Positions 46,941 through 57,040 of a DNA stretch of 64,000 nt are shown here, in pieces. Numbering within the stretch: the stretch's first letter is position 1; each line of letters begins with the position of its first letter. Made by a program: the position numbers and the translations under genes. The notes beneath the pieces were generated by a model. That model saw only the letters and a program-made list of their open reading frames with translations, was not told the origin of the DNA and searched no databases. The DNA is from a cyanobacterium endosymbiont of Rhopalodia gibba (GTDB lineage Bacteria > Cyanobacteriota > Cyanobacteriia > Cyanobacteriales > Microcystaceae), in assembly GCA_045159875.1 (NCBI GenBank), contig CP067995.1:2752001-2816000 (forward strand), written 5' to 3'.

Positions 46941-46954
46941 TTCTGAATTCAAAT

Positions 46955-46999
46955 AATTTGACAAGTAGAGTGGGCATTGCCCACTCTACTTGTCAAATT
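46955..46999. terminator. Perfect 22-bp-arm palindrome with REP-like core, 14 nt after the HIT stop
   Basis: aatttgacaagtagagtgggca T tgcccactctacttgtcaaatt. Confidence 0.8.
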
Positions 47000-47249
47000 G
47001 GAGTGCGTCCAAATTGATCTCCTTAGAACCGCTAGTCTTTGATTGTTGTAAAACTTTTTTGAATTCAATTTCAATTGAAGCAGCGATGAAAACAGTTAAC
47101 GGTAAACAGATACCATAGCACATACACAGATTAAAAAGAAAAATTTCTAGTCTAGACATAAGAAATACACAAATTTCCAGGTAAATTCCTGAAAAAGTAG
47201 TTTTAACCCTAAATTTTAAAGGATATAAGTTAGCAGGTTTTTAACTATT

Positions 47250-48900
47250 CTTTTATATGAGACTTAAGGATTGCTTCAAAAGTAATACAATGAGTTAATC
47301 CAATAAACAAACCAACAAAGATCAAAAAATAAGACCGTTCAGGTAAGTAATACGAAAAGAATAGTCAGTAATCATTTTTCTTAGCAATTAATAATCATCA
47401 ATTTAACTTATTTTGACATTGGCAAGAATAATAGTAGCCATACCTGCATTAGAGAATTGTCGAAAGGTATTAAGAGCAGTATCGAGTAAATTTTGAGGTT
47501 TAAAATTATCATTTACTAATCCCAAAATGTGTTGCACTTCCTCTGTATGTAACCGGTTATCTTCGATTACAATCAACAATAACTAACAACATATATAGGG
47601 TCCTTCGTTCGACAAAATAAATTAAAATTTTAATTGTGCCATTGGCAGCAAATCAAGTTATTTATCTAACCGCCGACGCAGTTGGGGAGATTCTCCTGTC
47701 AATAATTTTCGGGAAATATGAGGATAAACCACTTCAACAATTTTTTAATTAGGATTAAGACTTAAGGCTGACCATTCTTGAATGATTAAAGACCGAACAA
47801 TCAAGGCAAATTGATCCGGAGTTCGGAGAGGATATTCACACATTAACATCGAAAAATTATCAGTAATAGTTTTAAAGTTAAAATCCTCCATACTTTGACT
47901 AATTGAATTATCTAGAACCTTTTCTAAAGCTGGGATAATTGGCGTAATATCCGTATCAAGAGTTAAAAAAACTAGGTTAACAAAGTATTTAGATCAAGGA
48001 TTGCAATCTCAATTGATCAATTGAACTGCAGAATTTACAATGGTTTCCTTAGTCTCTTTTTCTATTGGTAGGAAAACAAACATGTTCTGAAAGTTGGCAT
48101 ACTCTTGTATATTATCCCGATTTTAATAATGACATAGGGGTTAAGACCAGCTGCTTTGTTTTTCTTATGTCTGTCAGTTTAACCCATTGATCCATTCTAG
48201 AGTTAAGACTTAGTTACTAGTATATTGCCAATAAATACAAAAAATTTTACATCAAGATCATTGTGAAAATTTAAGAAAAAAATTTTTTAGTATTTTTTCC
48301 TTCACTTATATAGTCAATCTCTTCAAAAAGCTTAACGCCAAATTAATCAACAATTGAGCTGAGATAATGACCTGAATTAAGAGGTAACCACTGAAAAAAT
48401 TGACAGGTAGTCCATTACATACGTAAAACGTAAATTAGGCTGTTACATTTTAACGGTTACTTCTTTTCCTCTAAAACTGCCTGATAAACTTATCCTAAAC
48501 TAGCTGTAACCACAGAAGAGGCAGAAATTCTTCGGTAAACTTCACCTAAAGTACGGCTTAGGCATTTTTCTATGATGGCAAAAGTTTCTTTATTCTTGAA
48601 AGGGGGAAATTGATCTTGGAGTTTGATTAATTCCTCGAGCAAATCTGGGCAAATTAAATCTGTTCTAGTCGAGAGTGCCTGACCTAATCTTAATAAAGGT
48701 TGGGCTAAGATAGGTAAAAATTTATCACAATTTCCTAGCACATTTCTGTTTATTAAGTTAATCGTGATGGAACTATTGTTCCCACTGGAGATAGATAAGA
48801 AATCACACAAACAACTAGATAATGATTATAGCTCGCCAAACTATTTTCCAAGGTCGGAGGCGATAATAGTCTTCGATCACGTTGAGGTTATAACGCTGGA
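47250..48900 (-). pseudogene. ABC1/UbiB (AarF) atypical kinase, inactivated
   Basis: LGQALSTRTDL..EELIKLQDQFPPF..ASLG*VYQA; CEYPLRTPDQFALIVRSL; catalytic HADPHPGN region not found. Confidence 0.88.
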
Positions 48901-50021
48901 TTTATTTAATATTTAAATTTGTATCAGATAGATCTTATTATTGTCAATTCATAAGCCAAAATAATACCTCTTGATGTAAAAAATAGATAGATAAATAAGA
49001 TAAATTTTAAAAAATTATATAAAAAGTAAATTCTTATTCATAACTACAAAACGATGTATTTTTGATTCTAAAAACTATCTTCTTTAAAAAACAAAAAAAT
49101 TATTATATAATATACATTTTAATTTATTTAAAAATCAATGATTTTGTATTATTGAATAATTAATATATATTTTTTTTATAAGCTGTTATTGTTTTATTTT
49201 TACAATTACTAATGCCATATTTTTTAATGCGTAAATAAAAATTACTTAATTTCAATAAAAAGGTTAGGCTATATTGAGCTACTTGAAATATTGATTCTGC
49301 TTAATAGATCATCTAATACATAAGATAGAAAAAAAATATTAGTAACTAATGAAGAGTAAATTTTTTAAAAAGAAATAACTATATAATTTACTTAGTAAAA
49401 AGTATGCTTCAATTGATTTGATATTAATTAAATTTAAACTTATAGAATTAAATATTCAACTTATTTAAATAAATTAAATACTAAATTTAGCAGAACTTAT
49501 GAACTTTAAATTGTTAATAATCTGGGAAAAATTTATATTCATAGTGCTTTAACTACCAGAAAAGTATCTTAAAATAATAAACTAACTATCAAGAATCTAC
49601 CTTAGGTAGACAAATCTGCTATTTTAATATTAATAGTCGTTACATAAAATTTAATTTATATAGAAATTTATCTATATAAATAGAAATTTTTTCTTAAATA
49701 AAATACTGAGTGTATTTTATTTAACTGGATAGAATACGCAGCTAAAATAATATATAAAAAATAAAATTTAAGTCAGCAACCATAAATAAAAAAATAAATA
49801 TTAATAATGTTAATAGCAAATATTTTTTAGTTATTCAACTATAAAGTAATTGTAATACAGTATTACACATTAGTTATATAAGCATAAAAATATTAAATAT
49901 ATATTAATAGCTTGAATTAAAATAATAGCATACATATTTGATTTGAAAAGATAAGTAAATACTAAATTAAATAGTTAAATACTCAAAAAGCTTAGTTAAA
50001 AACAAAAGATAAATAAATAAC

Positions 50022-50073
50022 AATAGAAAGAAATAAACCAGAGTTTTGTACACCTGGTTTATTTCTTTCTATT
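50022..50073. repeat. Hairpin, 20-bp perfect arms
   Basis: aatagaaagaaataaaccag ... ctggtttatttctttctatt. Confidence 0.9.
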
Positions 50074-50469
50074 AAGCTATTTTATGTCTAATTTTTTTAA
50101 AACTACTAAATGTGTGATAGACAAATGAGTCTTTGAGAGCAAAAAAGTACTCTTAAACATTAATTTAATCTTGTTTCTACTGGATATGTGAGAAATCACT
50201 AACTCTCTTTTTCTAATTAAATCAAGAAGAAAACTTAGAACCTCCCCCGACGCATCGCGGTAAAAATAAGATGAATGGCAGTAAATTGGAAATATTAAAT
50301 TTTTTTAAACGGTCCTCACAGTTGCTGTGAGTAATCGTAATTTAAAAGTGGCAATTGGTTAATTAATTTAAAAGTCATCGAAACTAGCACCAAACTTAGG
50401 ACAATAACTCGTTATTATAGAGATTGGAAAGCTTGTATAATTTATAGCTTTTAGGAGTCACCATCACCG

Positions 50470-50826
50470 ATGACACAAGCCACTCAAACCCAATCCAAAG
50501 GAATTCAACTTACAGAAACTGCTCTAAAGCATGTTCTGATGTTACGCGAACAACAAGGGACGGACCTTTGTTTACGCGTCGGTGTCCGTCAAGGAGGATG
50601 TTCGGGAATGTCCTATATGATGGACTTTGAAGACGAAAGTAAAATTACTGAACACGATGAGGTGTTTGATTACGAAGGATTTAAAATCGTCTGTGATTGC
50701 AAAAGCATCCTCTATCTATATGGACTCGTTCTCAATTACAGTAATGCCATGATTGGTGGTGGGTTTCAATTTACTAACCCCAATGCCAGTCAAACTTGTG
50801 GTTGTGGCACTTCTTTTGCCGTTTAA
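50470..50826 (+). CDS. iscA: A-type Fe-S cluster carrier (IscA/SufA/HesB family)
   Basis: GGCSGMSY and NPNASQTCGCGTSF motifs. Confidence 0.9.
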   Translation: MTQATQTQSKGIQLTETALKHVLMLREQQGTDLCLRVGVRQGGCSGMSYMMDFEDESKITEHDEVFDYEGFKIVCDCKSILYLYGLVLNYSNAMIGGGFQFTNPNASQTCGCGTSFAV

Positions 50827-50932
50827 AAACGTCGCCTTTTAGACGTTGTTTGTTTAACCAGGAAGAAATCGAGATAGACTAACAGTGTCTGTCTCGGCCA
50901 TTCTCTACTACCTATAGTATCCATAAATTTTA

Positions 50933-51358
50933 ATGACTGACTCTCTTGAAACTACTTTTGAACAAGGATTAGAACGTTATAAGCAAGGGGAATCTCCCGA
51001 AACGCTAATCCCTTGTTTTAAACATATTTGTGAACGCACGCCAAAAAATAGCACCGCCTGGGCCTGTTTAGCCTGGCTTTACCTTCTCGTCGAGAGACCT
51101 GAAAGCGCCCTTAAAGCCGCTAATAAAAGTATTAAAATAGACAACAGGCCTCCCCAAGCAAGGATCAACCTAGCCCTCGCTATGCTAGACATTGGAGCTA
51201 AAGGAGTTCGTGGTCATATTGAAGCGGCTGAACGGATAATGTCCCTTGATGACGAAATTCGCCAAGATATTAGAGAAAATATTGCAGATGGCTTAGCCCG
51301 CAAACCCGACTGGAAAAATCTTCAGCGAGTTAAAAATTGGTTGTTTCCTCTAGAATAA
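50933..51358 (+). CDS. TPR-like conserved protein
   Basis: Helical repeats AWACLAWLYLL..PQARINLALAM. Confidence 0.8.
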   Translation: MTDSLETTFEQGLERYKQGESPETLIPCFKHICERTPKNSTAWACLAWLYLLVERPESALKAANKSIKIDNRPPQARINLALAMLDIGAKGVRGHIEAAERIMSLDDEIRQDIRENIADGLARKPDWKNLQRVKNWLFPLE

Positions 51359-51359
51359 T

Positions 51360-52235
51360 ATGGATTTATCAAGAAATCTTTTAATTGGTCTAAAAGCTGA
51401 CGATTTCCGTCACCCCCTCGATTTGCAAACTACCACTGCCCTCAAACAACTCCCTGGACTTGACATGGTAATACGTAATTTACTGGGGTCAGTGGCTGAA
51501 CAGTTTTTTTACCTGAATAACATCACTTCAAGTATTCGTGTAAGTGACAGGCAACTTCCAAATCTCCACACTCTGTTAATAGAAGCTTGTCGTATTCTTG
51601 ATTTAGAACCGCCTCAACTCTACATCCAACAAAATTCCGTTCCCAACGCTTATACCTTTGCGATGCAGGGAAAACAGCCTTTTATGGTAATTCACACTTC
51701 TTTGATTGAAATTTTGACCACTGAAGAAATTCAGGGGGTGATGGCCCATGAATTAGGACATCTCAAGTGTGAGCATGGGGTTTATTTGACCTTGGCTAAC
51801 ATTCTGGTATTAGCGGCAAATTTATTGCCTAATTGGGGAGTAGCTCTTGCTCAATTTTTACAAAGTCAAATCTTAGAATGGTTGCGCTGTGCGGAATTAA
51901 GTTGTGATCGCGCCGCTTTGTTAGCAACTCAAAACCCTAAGGTTGTGATGTCAGTGTTAATGAAATTGTCCGGTGGTTCTCCGACTATTGCCCCTCAATT
52001 AAATCTAGATGCGTTTATTGAACAGGCAAGAGACTATGAAGGAATTAACAACACCTTTTTAGGAGAAATGCTTAAAACAGCGCAAACTGAGCAACTAACT
52101 CATCCCGTCCCCGTATTACGGGCCAAAGAACTTGATCGTTGGGCGAGTTCCTATGAATATCAGCAGTTGTTAGAAACTGGACAAACACAGTATAATCGGA
52201 AGTATAGTGCTAAGGGCGGATGGCGAAATTGGTAG
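51360..52235 (+). CDS. M48-family zinc metallopeptidase
   Basis: PNAYT, AHELGH (HExxH), ELSCDR, THP. Confidence 0.93.
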   Translation: MDLSRNLLIGLKADDFRHPLDLQTTTALKQLPGLDMVIRNLLGSVAEQFFYLNNITSSIRVSDRQLPNLHTLLIEACRILDLEPPQLYIQQNSVPNAYTFAMQGKQPFMVIHTSLIEILTTEEIQGVMAHELGHLKCEHGVYLTLANILVLAANLLPNWGVALAQFLQSQILEWLRCAELSCDRAALLATQNPKVVMSVLMKLSGGSPTIAPQLNLDAFIEQARDYEGINNTFLGEMLKTAQTEQLTHPVPVLRAKELDRWASSYEYQQLLETGQTQYNRKYSAKGGWRNW

Positions 52236-52295
52236 ACGCACCACACTCAAAATGTGGCGGCTTTGGTCATGGGGGTTCGAGTCCCCCTCTGCCCA
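52214..52295 (+). tRNA. trnL-CAA: tRNA-Leu (CAA)
   Basis: Acceptor GGGCGGA/TCTGCCC; anticodon arm CCACA-CTCAAAA-TGTGG; long variable arm; GGTTCGAGTCC T-arm; no encoded CCA. Confidence 0.95.
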
Positions 52296-52445
52296 CTCAT
52301 AAAAACTCGGAGAATTATAAACTTAAATCCTAAAGGATTTGGCTGTGCAATTAGGTTAGATTAGGGAGGAGATTAACTTCGATAGGGAGGTATGAGGGCA
52401 ATAAGTTTTCACCCGTACCATGACCTACCGATTTGTGCCCCGTAA

Positions 52446-53654
52446 TTAAATTTCAGAAGGATTGACGGGAAAATAAAATTCCGTTCCTTGGTCAATAAGG
52501 TGTTGATTGTTGGACAAAATCTCTTTTTTAAAGTTCCAAGCTAACACATAATAAATATCAGGAAGTTCTGTTAATTCCTTTTCTATAATAAGGGGAATAT
52601 GCATTCCCGGAGAGTAGAGTCCCCGTCTTAGCTCGTTTTTTTCAACTAAATAATCAAGATATTGGGTTCCAATTCCGAAGTAATTTAACATAGTATTTCC
52701 CTTAACCGGTGCGCCAAATCCCCAGATTCGCTTACCGTCTTTTTTGGCTCTTTCAAGATAAGCTAAGTTATCTACTTTCATTTGTTCGATACGCTTAGCG
52801 AAATTTAAATAGGTAGATAATTCATTACTTTTTTCATTTACTTCTGCTCTTCTCATTGTAAGAAGGCGATCAGTGGGTTTTTTAGTTCCTTCATGAGTGA
52901 CAAATCCGATAATTGAACCGCCGTGAATAGGAGATAAATACGCATCAAACATTGAGAGGCCATGACGGTTAAGTAATACTTCAATAGTGTTAAGGTTATA
53001 GTAAAGTAAATGTTCGTGATAAATCTGATCAAAAGCTAGATTATCAATAATACGTTTCATATAAAGAAACTGCACTATAAACACTCCATCTTCATGTAAT
53101 GCTTCTCGAATTCCTTCTGTAACTGAATGGAGTTCCTCAAGATGGAAAAATACCCCGGCTGCGTTGATAGCGTGAAACTTACGATCAAGACCTTTAGCTA
53201 CTTCTAAATTAAAGAAATCGTTGAGGGTAGGAATTTCTGCATCATTAGCAATTCTCGCTGTAGTTTTCGATGATTCTACTCCTAGAACATCATAACCAAG
53301 AGCTTGAAAATGTTTTAATTGTGTCCCATCATTAGACCCAATATCTAAGACGGATTTGTTAGGAGTTTTTTGAAAAAAGCGATCATCAACTTCATAAGCG
53401 ACTTTTTTAAAGTGTTCACTTAAGGATTTTGTTACACCAGATAAATAAGTATGATTTCCAAACATGATTTCTTTCTTAACAGTATAATCAAGTTGGACGG
53501 TTCCACAGTCATGACAATAGAAAACTCGTAAGGGGTAGAAGGGTTCTGTTCCGACCTCTTCAAAATTTAAAAAATGATTACACCAAGGTTGATTTCCTAA
53601 GTCAATTGCTAATTCTAAGTTACTAGAGTCACAGACACGACAAATAGTATTCAA
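52446..53654 (-). CDS. NDP-sugar C-methyltransferase family protein (Zn-binding N-domain, SAM domain, C-terminal domain)
   Basis: CRVCD..CHDCG, DIGSNDG, DQIYHEH, HGGS, GFGAPVKG, LAWNF. Confidence 0.88.
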   Translation of the reverse strand: MNTICRVCDSSNLELAIDLGNQPWCNHFLNFEEVGTEPFYPLRVFYCHDCGTVQLDYTVKKEIMFGNHTYLSGVTKSLSEHFKKVAYEVDDRFFQKTPNKSVLDIGSNDGTQLKHFQALGYDVLGVESSKTTARIANDAEIPTLNDFFNLEVAKGLDRKFHAINAAGVFFHLEELHSVTEGIREALHEDGVFIVQFLYMKRIIDNLAFDQIYHEHLLYYNLNTIEVLLNRHGLSMFDAYLSPIHGGSIIGFVTHEGTKKPTDRLLTMRRAEVNEKSNELSTYLNFAKRIEQMKVDNLAYLERAKKDGKRIWGFGAPVKGNTMLNYFGIGTQYLDYLVEKNELRRGLYSPGMHIPLIIEKELTELPDIYYVLAWNFKKEILSNNQHLIDQGTEFYFPVNPSEI

Positions 53655-53829
53655 GTTAGTTTTCTCTCCTAAGTTAATCTAGTAAACAATGATAGTTTAT
53701 GTAAAAGGTTAATAACTAGGTTGATCGACAACCAAATTATCATTTTATAAATTTATTTTATTCATTTTTACTAACTATTCTCTATATGAGAGAACCATAA
53801 ATAATCTACTCCTAGCCAAATATTTCTAT

Positions 53830-54540
53830 TTTCTTTACAGTTTTGGCTGATTAAAGAAAATACCATTTCTAGTTAAGAAGAAAAAGACATATATCTACCT
53901 GACACCAAGATTTCAACTCGATTGGCAGCTACTAAATAAATAGACTCTTAATATATGTTGTTCGTTCCAATACCAATTTTTAAACTCATTAGGGTAATCA
54001 CAAGAGATTTCAAGATCATGGATTCCAATAACTACACCAGACTTTAGCATAGGCAAAATAGCCATAATAAAAACGTTAACATCAGAGTTCATAAAAGAGC
54101 GGTAACTACTATCGACAAAGAGAAACCCTTCTGATTCTAATTAGAAAAAAATAGATAAATTACAAGTTTATAAGTCTTTGCGGCTCTCTGATTACAGACA
54201 GTATCAACTTCTGCATGAGGATAAAGTTAGATAGCAAAATTTAGTTCTCTCAATTTTGCTAATTAATAGCTCTAGCAGTAAATGATGTACTAAAGCAACA
54301 TCAGAAGCATTTAATAGTGTTTTCAACCAGCACAGATTTTCTTGATTTTATATTTTCAAGGTTAAGATTTATTTTTTTGATTAAATAGTTTAAATTTCTC
54401 TGAATTTCTGAGAGTTTTACAATGATTTTTGAAGTTTTTCTAAAAAATTTAACTTCACTCTAGGGGAGAGTTAATATAGCCACAAAGAGGTTTATAATCC
54501 CTGGATAGTGGATATTATAAAAATATATAATATTTTTTTG
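53830..54540 (-). pseudogene. Class I SAM methyltransferase (Methyltransf_24-like), inactivated
   Basis: FVDSSYRSFMNSDV..LPMLKSGVVIGIHD..DYPNEFKNWYWNEQ fragments across frameshifts. Confidence 0.7.
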
Positions 54541-55080
54541 TATAATAATTATTTCTTCCGGAAAAGATAAAAGCCTTATATGCCTTATATATTTTTGAAT
54601 ATTAACAATATCACTTCGTTCTTATAACATGCAGTCTTTTGACTAGTTAATTAAATATTGAAGTTAATTATTGGACTGTTAAATTGTCTTGATTATATTC
54701 AACATATAGATATTCTTTTGATTGATTATTTTTTCTATTTCTAATAACCTTATTATTTTTTTTAAAATTTTAAAAACTAAGTTTATACTGATTATTTTTA
54801 TCTTTAAATAAATTTAACCAAGTAAATATTTAACAATAAAATTAATAATTTACCAAGGTCAATCTTAACTAGTACTATAATTTGATGATTTAGTCTCTGC
54901 CGAATTTAAAATAGCAAAAAAATTTAAACCTATAACTTAACCTTATTTGACTTAGCAATAATTTTAAGAATGAGTAAATTATTAAAAGTTCGCATAACTT
55001 CCCAATCAGGTTTTCGCAATGTTAGTGTTAATGATGTTATATAACAAGTTCGATAGAACCAAAATTTACCTTCCTTAACT

Positions 55081-57006
55081 CTAAGATCTTGATGCTAATT
55101 TGTCTAGAGAGTCATAAAAATCCTCAAAAAATTTTTTAAATCCTTGAGGATCTTTCCTACTTACGTAAGGAACTTTAATTAAAGTAGTTTTTTTCAAATT
55201 AATATCTAGGTAGTTTTCATATTGTTCCTGATTGACTCTTTGCATAATGACTGTTTTATCCGCCAATGATAAAACTATTTTATTATTTTGATCATAATAT
55301 TTAACTTGATATCCTTCCAGTTCAAGGTAAAAAGTAGTAAATGTCCAAATCCAAACTTCTGTCGCGAAACTATCAGATTTATCTAAATAAATGACAGCGA
55401 CATTTTTATCTATTTGTTGAATGACTTGTGCCATTTTGCGAGAAAACTTAATAGGTCTATGATAACTATTTATTTGTGCTTTTCTTACTTCATTATATCC
55501 TTTTAAATATCCTCCAGTAACTCTAATTCCGTCATGAGTATATATATAATTTGGATTAGCTGTAATTTCTATAAAAGGAATTCTAGGAACCCACTGTATG
55601 GCAACTATTTGAAGAAAGAAACTTAAAATAATAAAACTAAAGACTAAAGAATGAAACTTATTTTTATCTAGCTTAGATTCTATTCTTAAAGCGATTGAAG
55701 CGCAGAAAAAAGGTAAAAAAATAATCCCAGGTATTAAATATTTAGGACTAGTTAAACTTGACATAGAATAAAATAAAGGTAGAACACATAAAATAAGTAA
55801 AACTAGCTTCCGGTCTTTATTTTTTATTTTTGTAAAAGTAAGACCAATTAAGCTGATTATTAAAAAAATCCATATTACTAAATTGGTGATACTAAATAAG
55901 TTAGCTAACGATTGTCGAATTGTCCAAGTGTTAACTCCTTCATGATGACTGGTAGTAATATAAATAATCTTTGTTAGGTTAAAAATATCAGTAGCAGAGA
56001 AAAATACAAATAAACTAAAACTAGTTAAAATATAAATAAAATAAAATTTTAATCTTTGTTCTATTTTAGATTCTAACGAGTTATTAAATAATATTAAATA
56101 CCATAACAATGGCAGAGAAAGTAAAAAATCAAGTCTAAAAAATACTGCTAAAGTTGAGGTTATACCAATTGCAAAATAGCGAAAATTATCCCATGTTTCT
56201 TTGTCTTTAATAGGACTTTTTGTCCAAAATAAAAGTAAGATAGTTATGGACATAGGAAACATCGCAAAAACAGTCGAATTATAGTACAAGCTACAAAATA
56301 TAATTTCTGGAAAAATAATCAAAAAGCAAAAACATAGAATTAAATTTAGACGTCTCCTGGAGAAGGTATAAATAGCTATTAATAGGATAGAAATATTGGC
56401 TGCACCAATTATTTGAGGAATAAAAAAAAGCAATCTTGGATGGTTAAGCCAAGAATTAAACCAAAGATTTAGTTGATAGGTTAAAGGCTGCCAGTAATAG
56501 CGATACACTAAGTTCTTGCCTTTATGAGAAAAGTTTATAATCCCATCAAGCTGCTCAATATCATCTCCTTCCCAACCGACGCGATCACCAAAAAATAAAA
56601 GGAATAATAAACTTATAACATAAAAAATAATAATTCCTAAGAAAGGATAAGTTTTTGACAACCATTTCTTACTTTTTAAAAAATTACTAGCAAGGAATAA
56701 TAAAGGAAATATTTTTTTTATAAGTTGAAAACTTTGGACTAAAAGTAAGCTCAGATAATACCCACTTCCAGCAATTAGAAGAAATCGTATTGTTCTTAAA
56801 AGAGAAGGATGAATATAATTAAGCTGTCCAATTATTCCTAGTATTAAGCTTAGAGAAAGCGAACTCAAACTAATAAAAAAAAGCTTATTTTTTCTTAGGT
56901 TTAATAAACTATCAATATCTCTAAAAATGGAATGACCTTGATACACTAAAATTGTAAAAATTAATAATATTATCCCAAAAATTAAACTGGCTATAGGAAT
57001 TAACAT
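55081..57006 (-). CDS. Polytopic membrane protein, putative GT-C glycosyltransferase
   Basis: Many TM segments; acidic loop GWEGDD after a TM helix; FFRLDF; soluble C-terminal domain. Confidence 0.65.
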   Translation of the reverse strand: MLIPIASLIFGIILLIFTILVYQGHSIFRDIDSLLNLRKNKLFFISLSSLSLSLILGIIGQLNYIHPSLLRTIRFLLIAGSGYYLSLLLVQSFQLIKKIFPLLFLASNFLKSKKWLSKTYPFLGIIIFYVISLLFLLFFGDRVGWEGDDIEQLDGIINFSHKGKNLVYRYYWQPLTYQLNLWFNSWLNHPRLLFFIPQIIGAANISILLIAIYTFSRRRLNLILCFCFLIIFPEIIFCSLYYNSTVFAMFPMSITILLLFWTKSPIKDKETWDNFRYFAIGITSTLAVFFRLDFLLSLPLLWYLILFNNSLESKIEQRLKFYFIYILTSFSLFVFFSATDIFNLTKIIYITTSHHEGVNTWTIRQSLANLFSITNLVIWIFLIISLIGLTFTKIKNKDRKLVLLILCVLPLFYSMSSLTSPKYLIPGIIFLPFFCASIALRIESKLDKNKFHSLVFSFIILSFFLQIVAIQWVPRIPFIEITANPNYIYTHDGIRVTGGYLKGYNEVRKAQINSYHRPIKFSRKMAQVIQQIDKNVAVIYLDKSDSFATEVWIWTFTTFYLELEGYQVKYYDQNNKIVLSLADKTVIMQRVNQEQYENYLDINLKKTTLIKVPYVSRKDPQGFKKFFEDFYDSLDKLASRS

Positions 57007-57040
57007 AATCTATAAAAGAACTAATAAGAGTCATCAATAC

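Noticed and set aside
52296..52445. Prophage/integrative element att site after tRNA-Leu
   Set aside because: No integrase and no duplicated tRNA 3' end seen in the window
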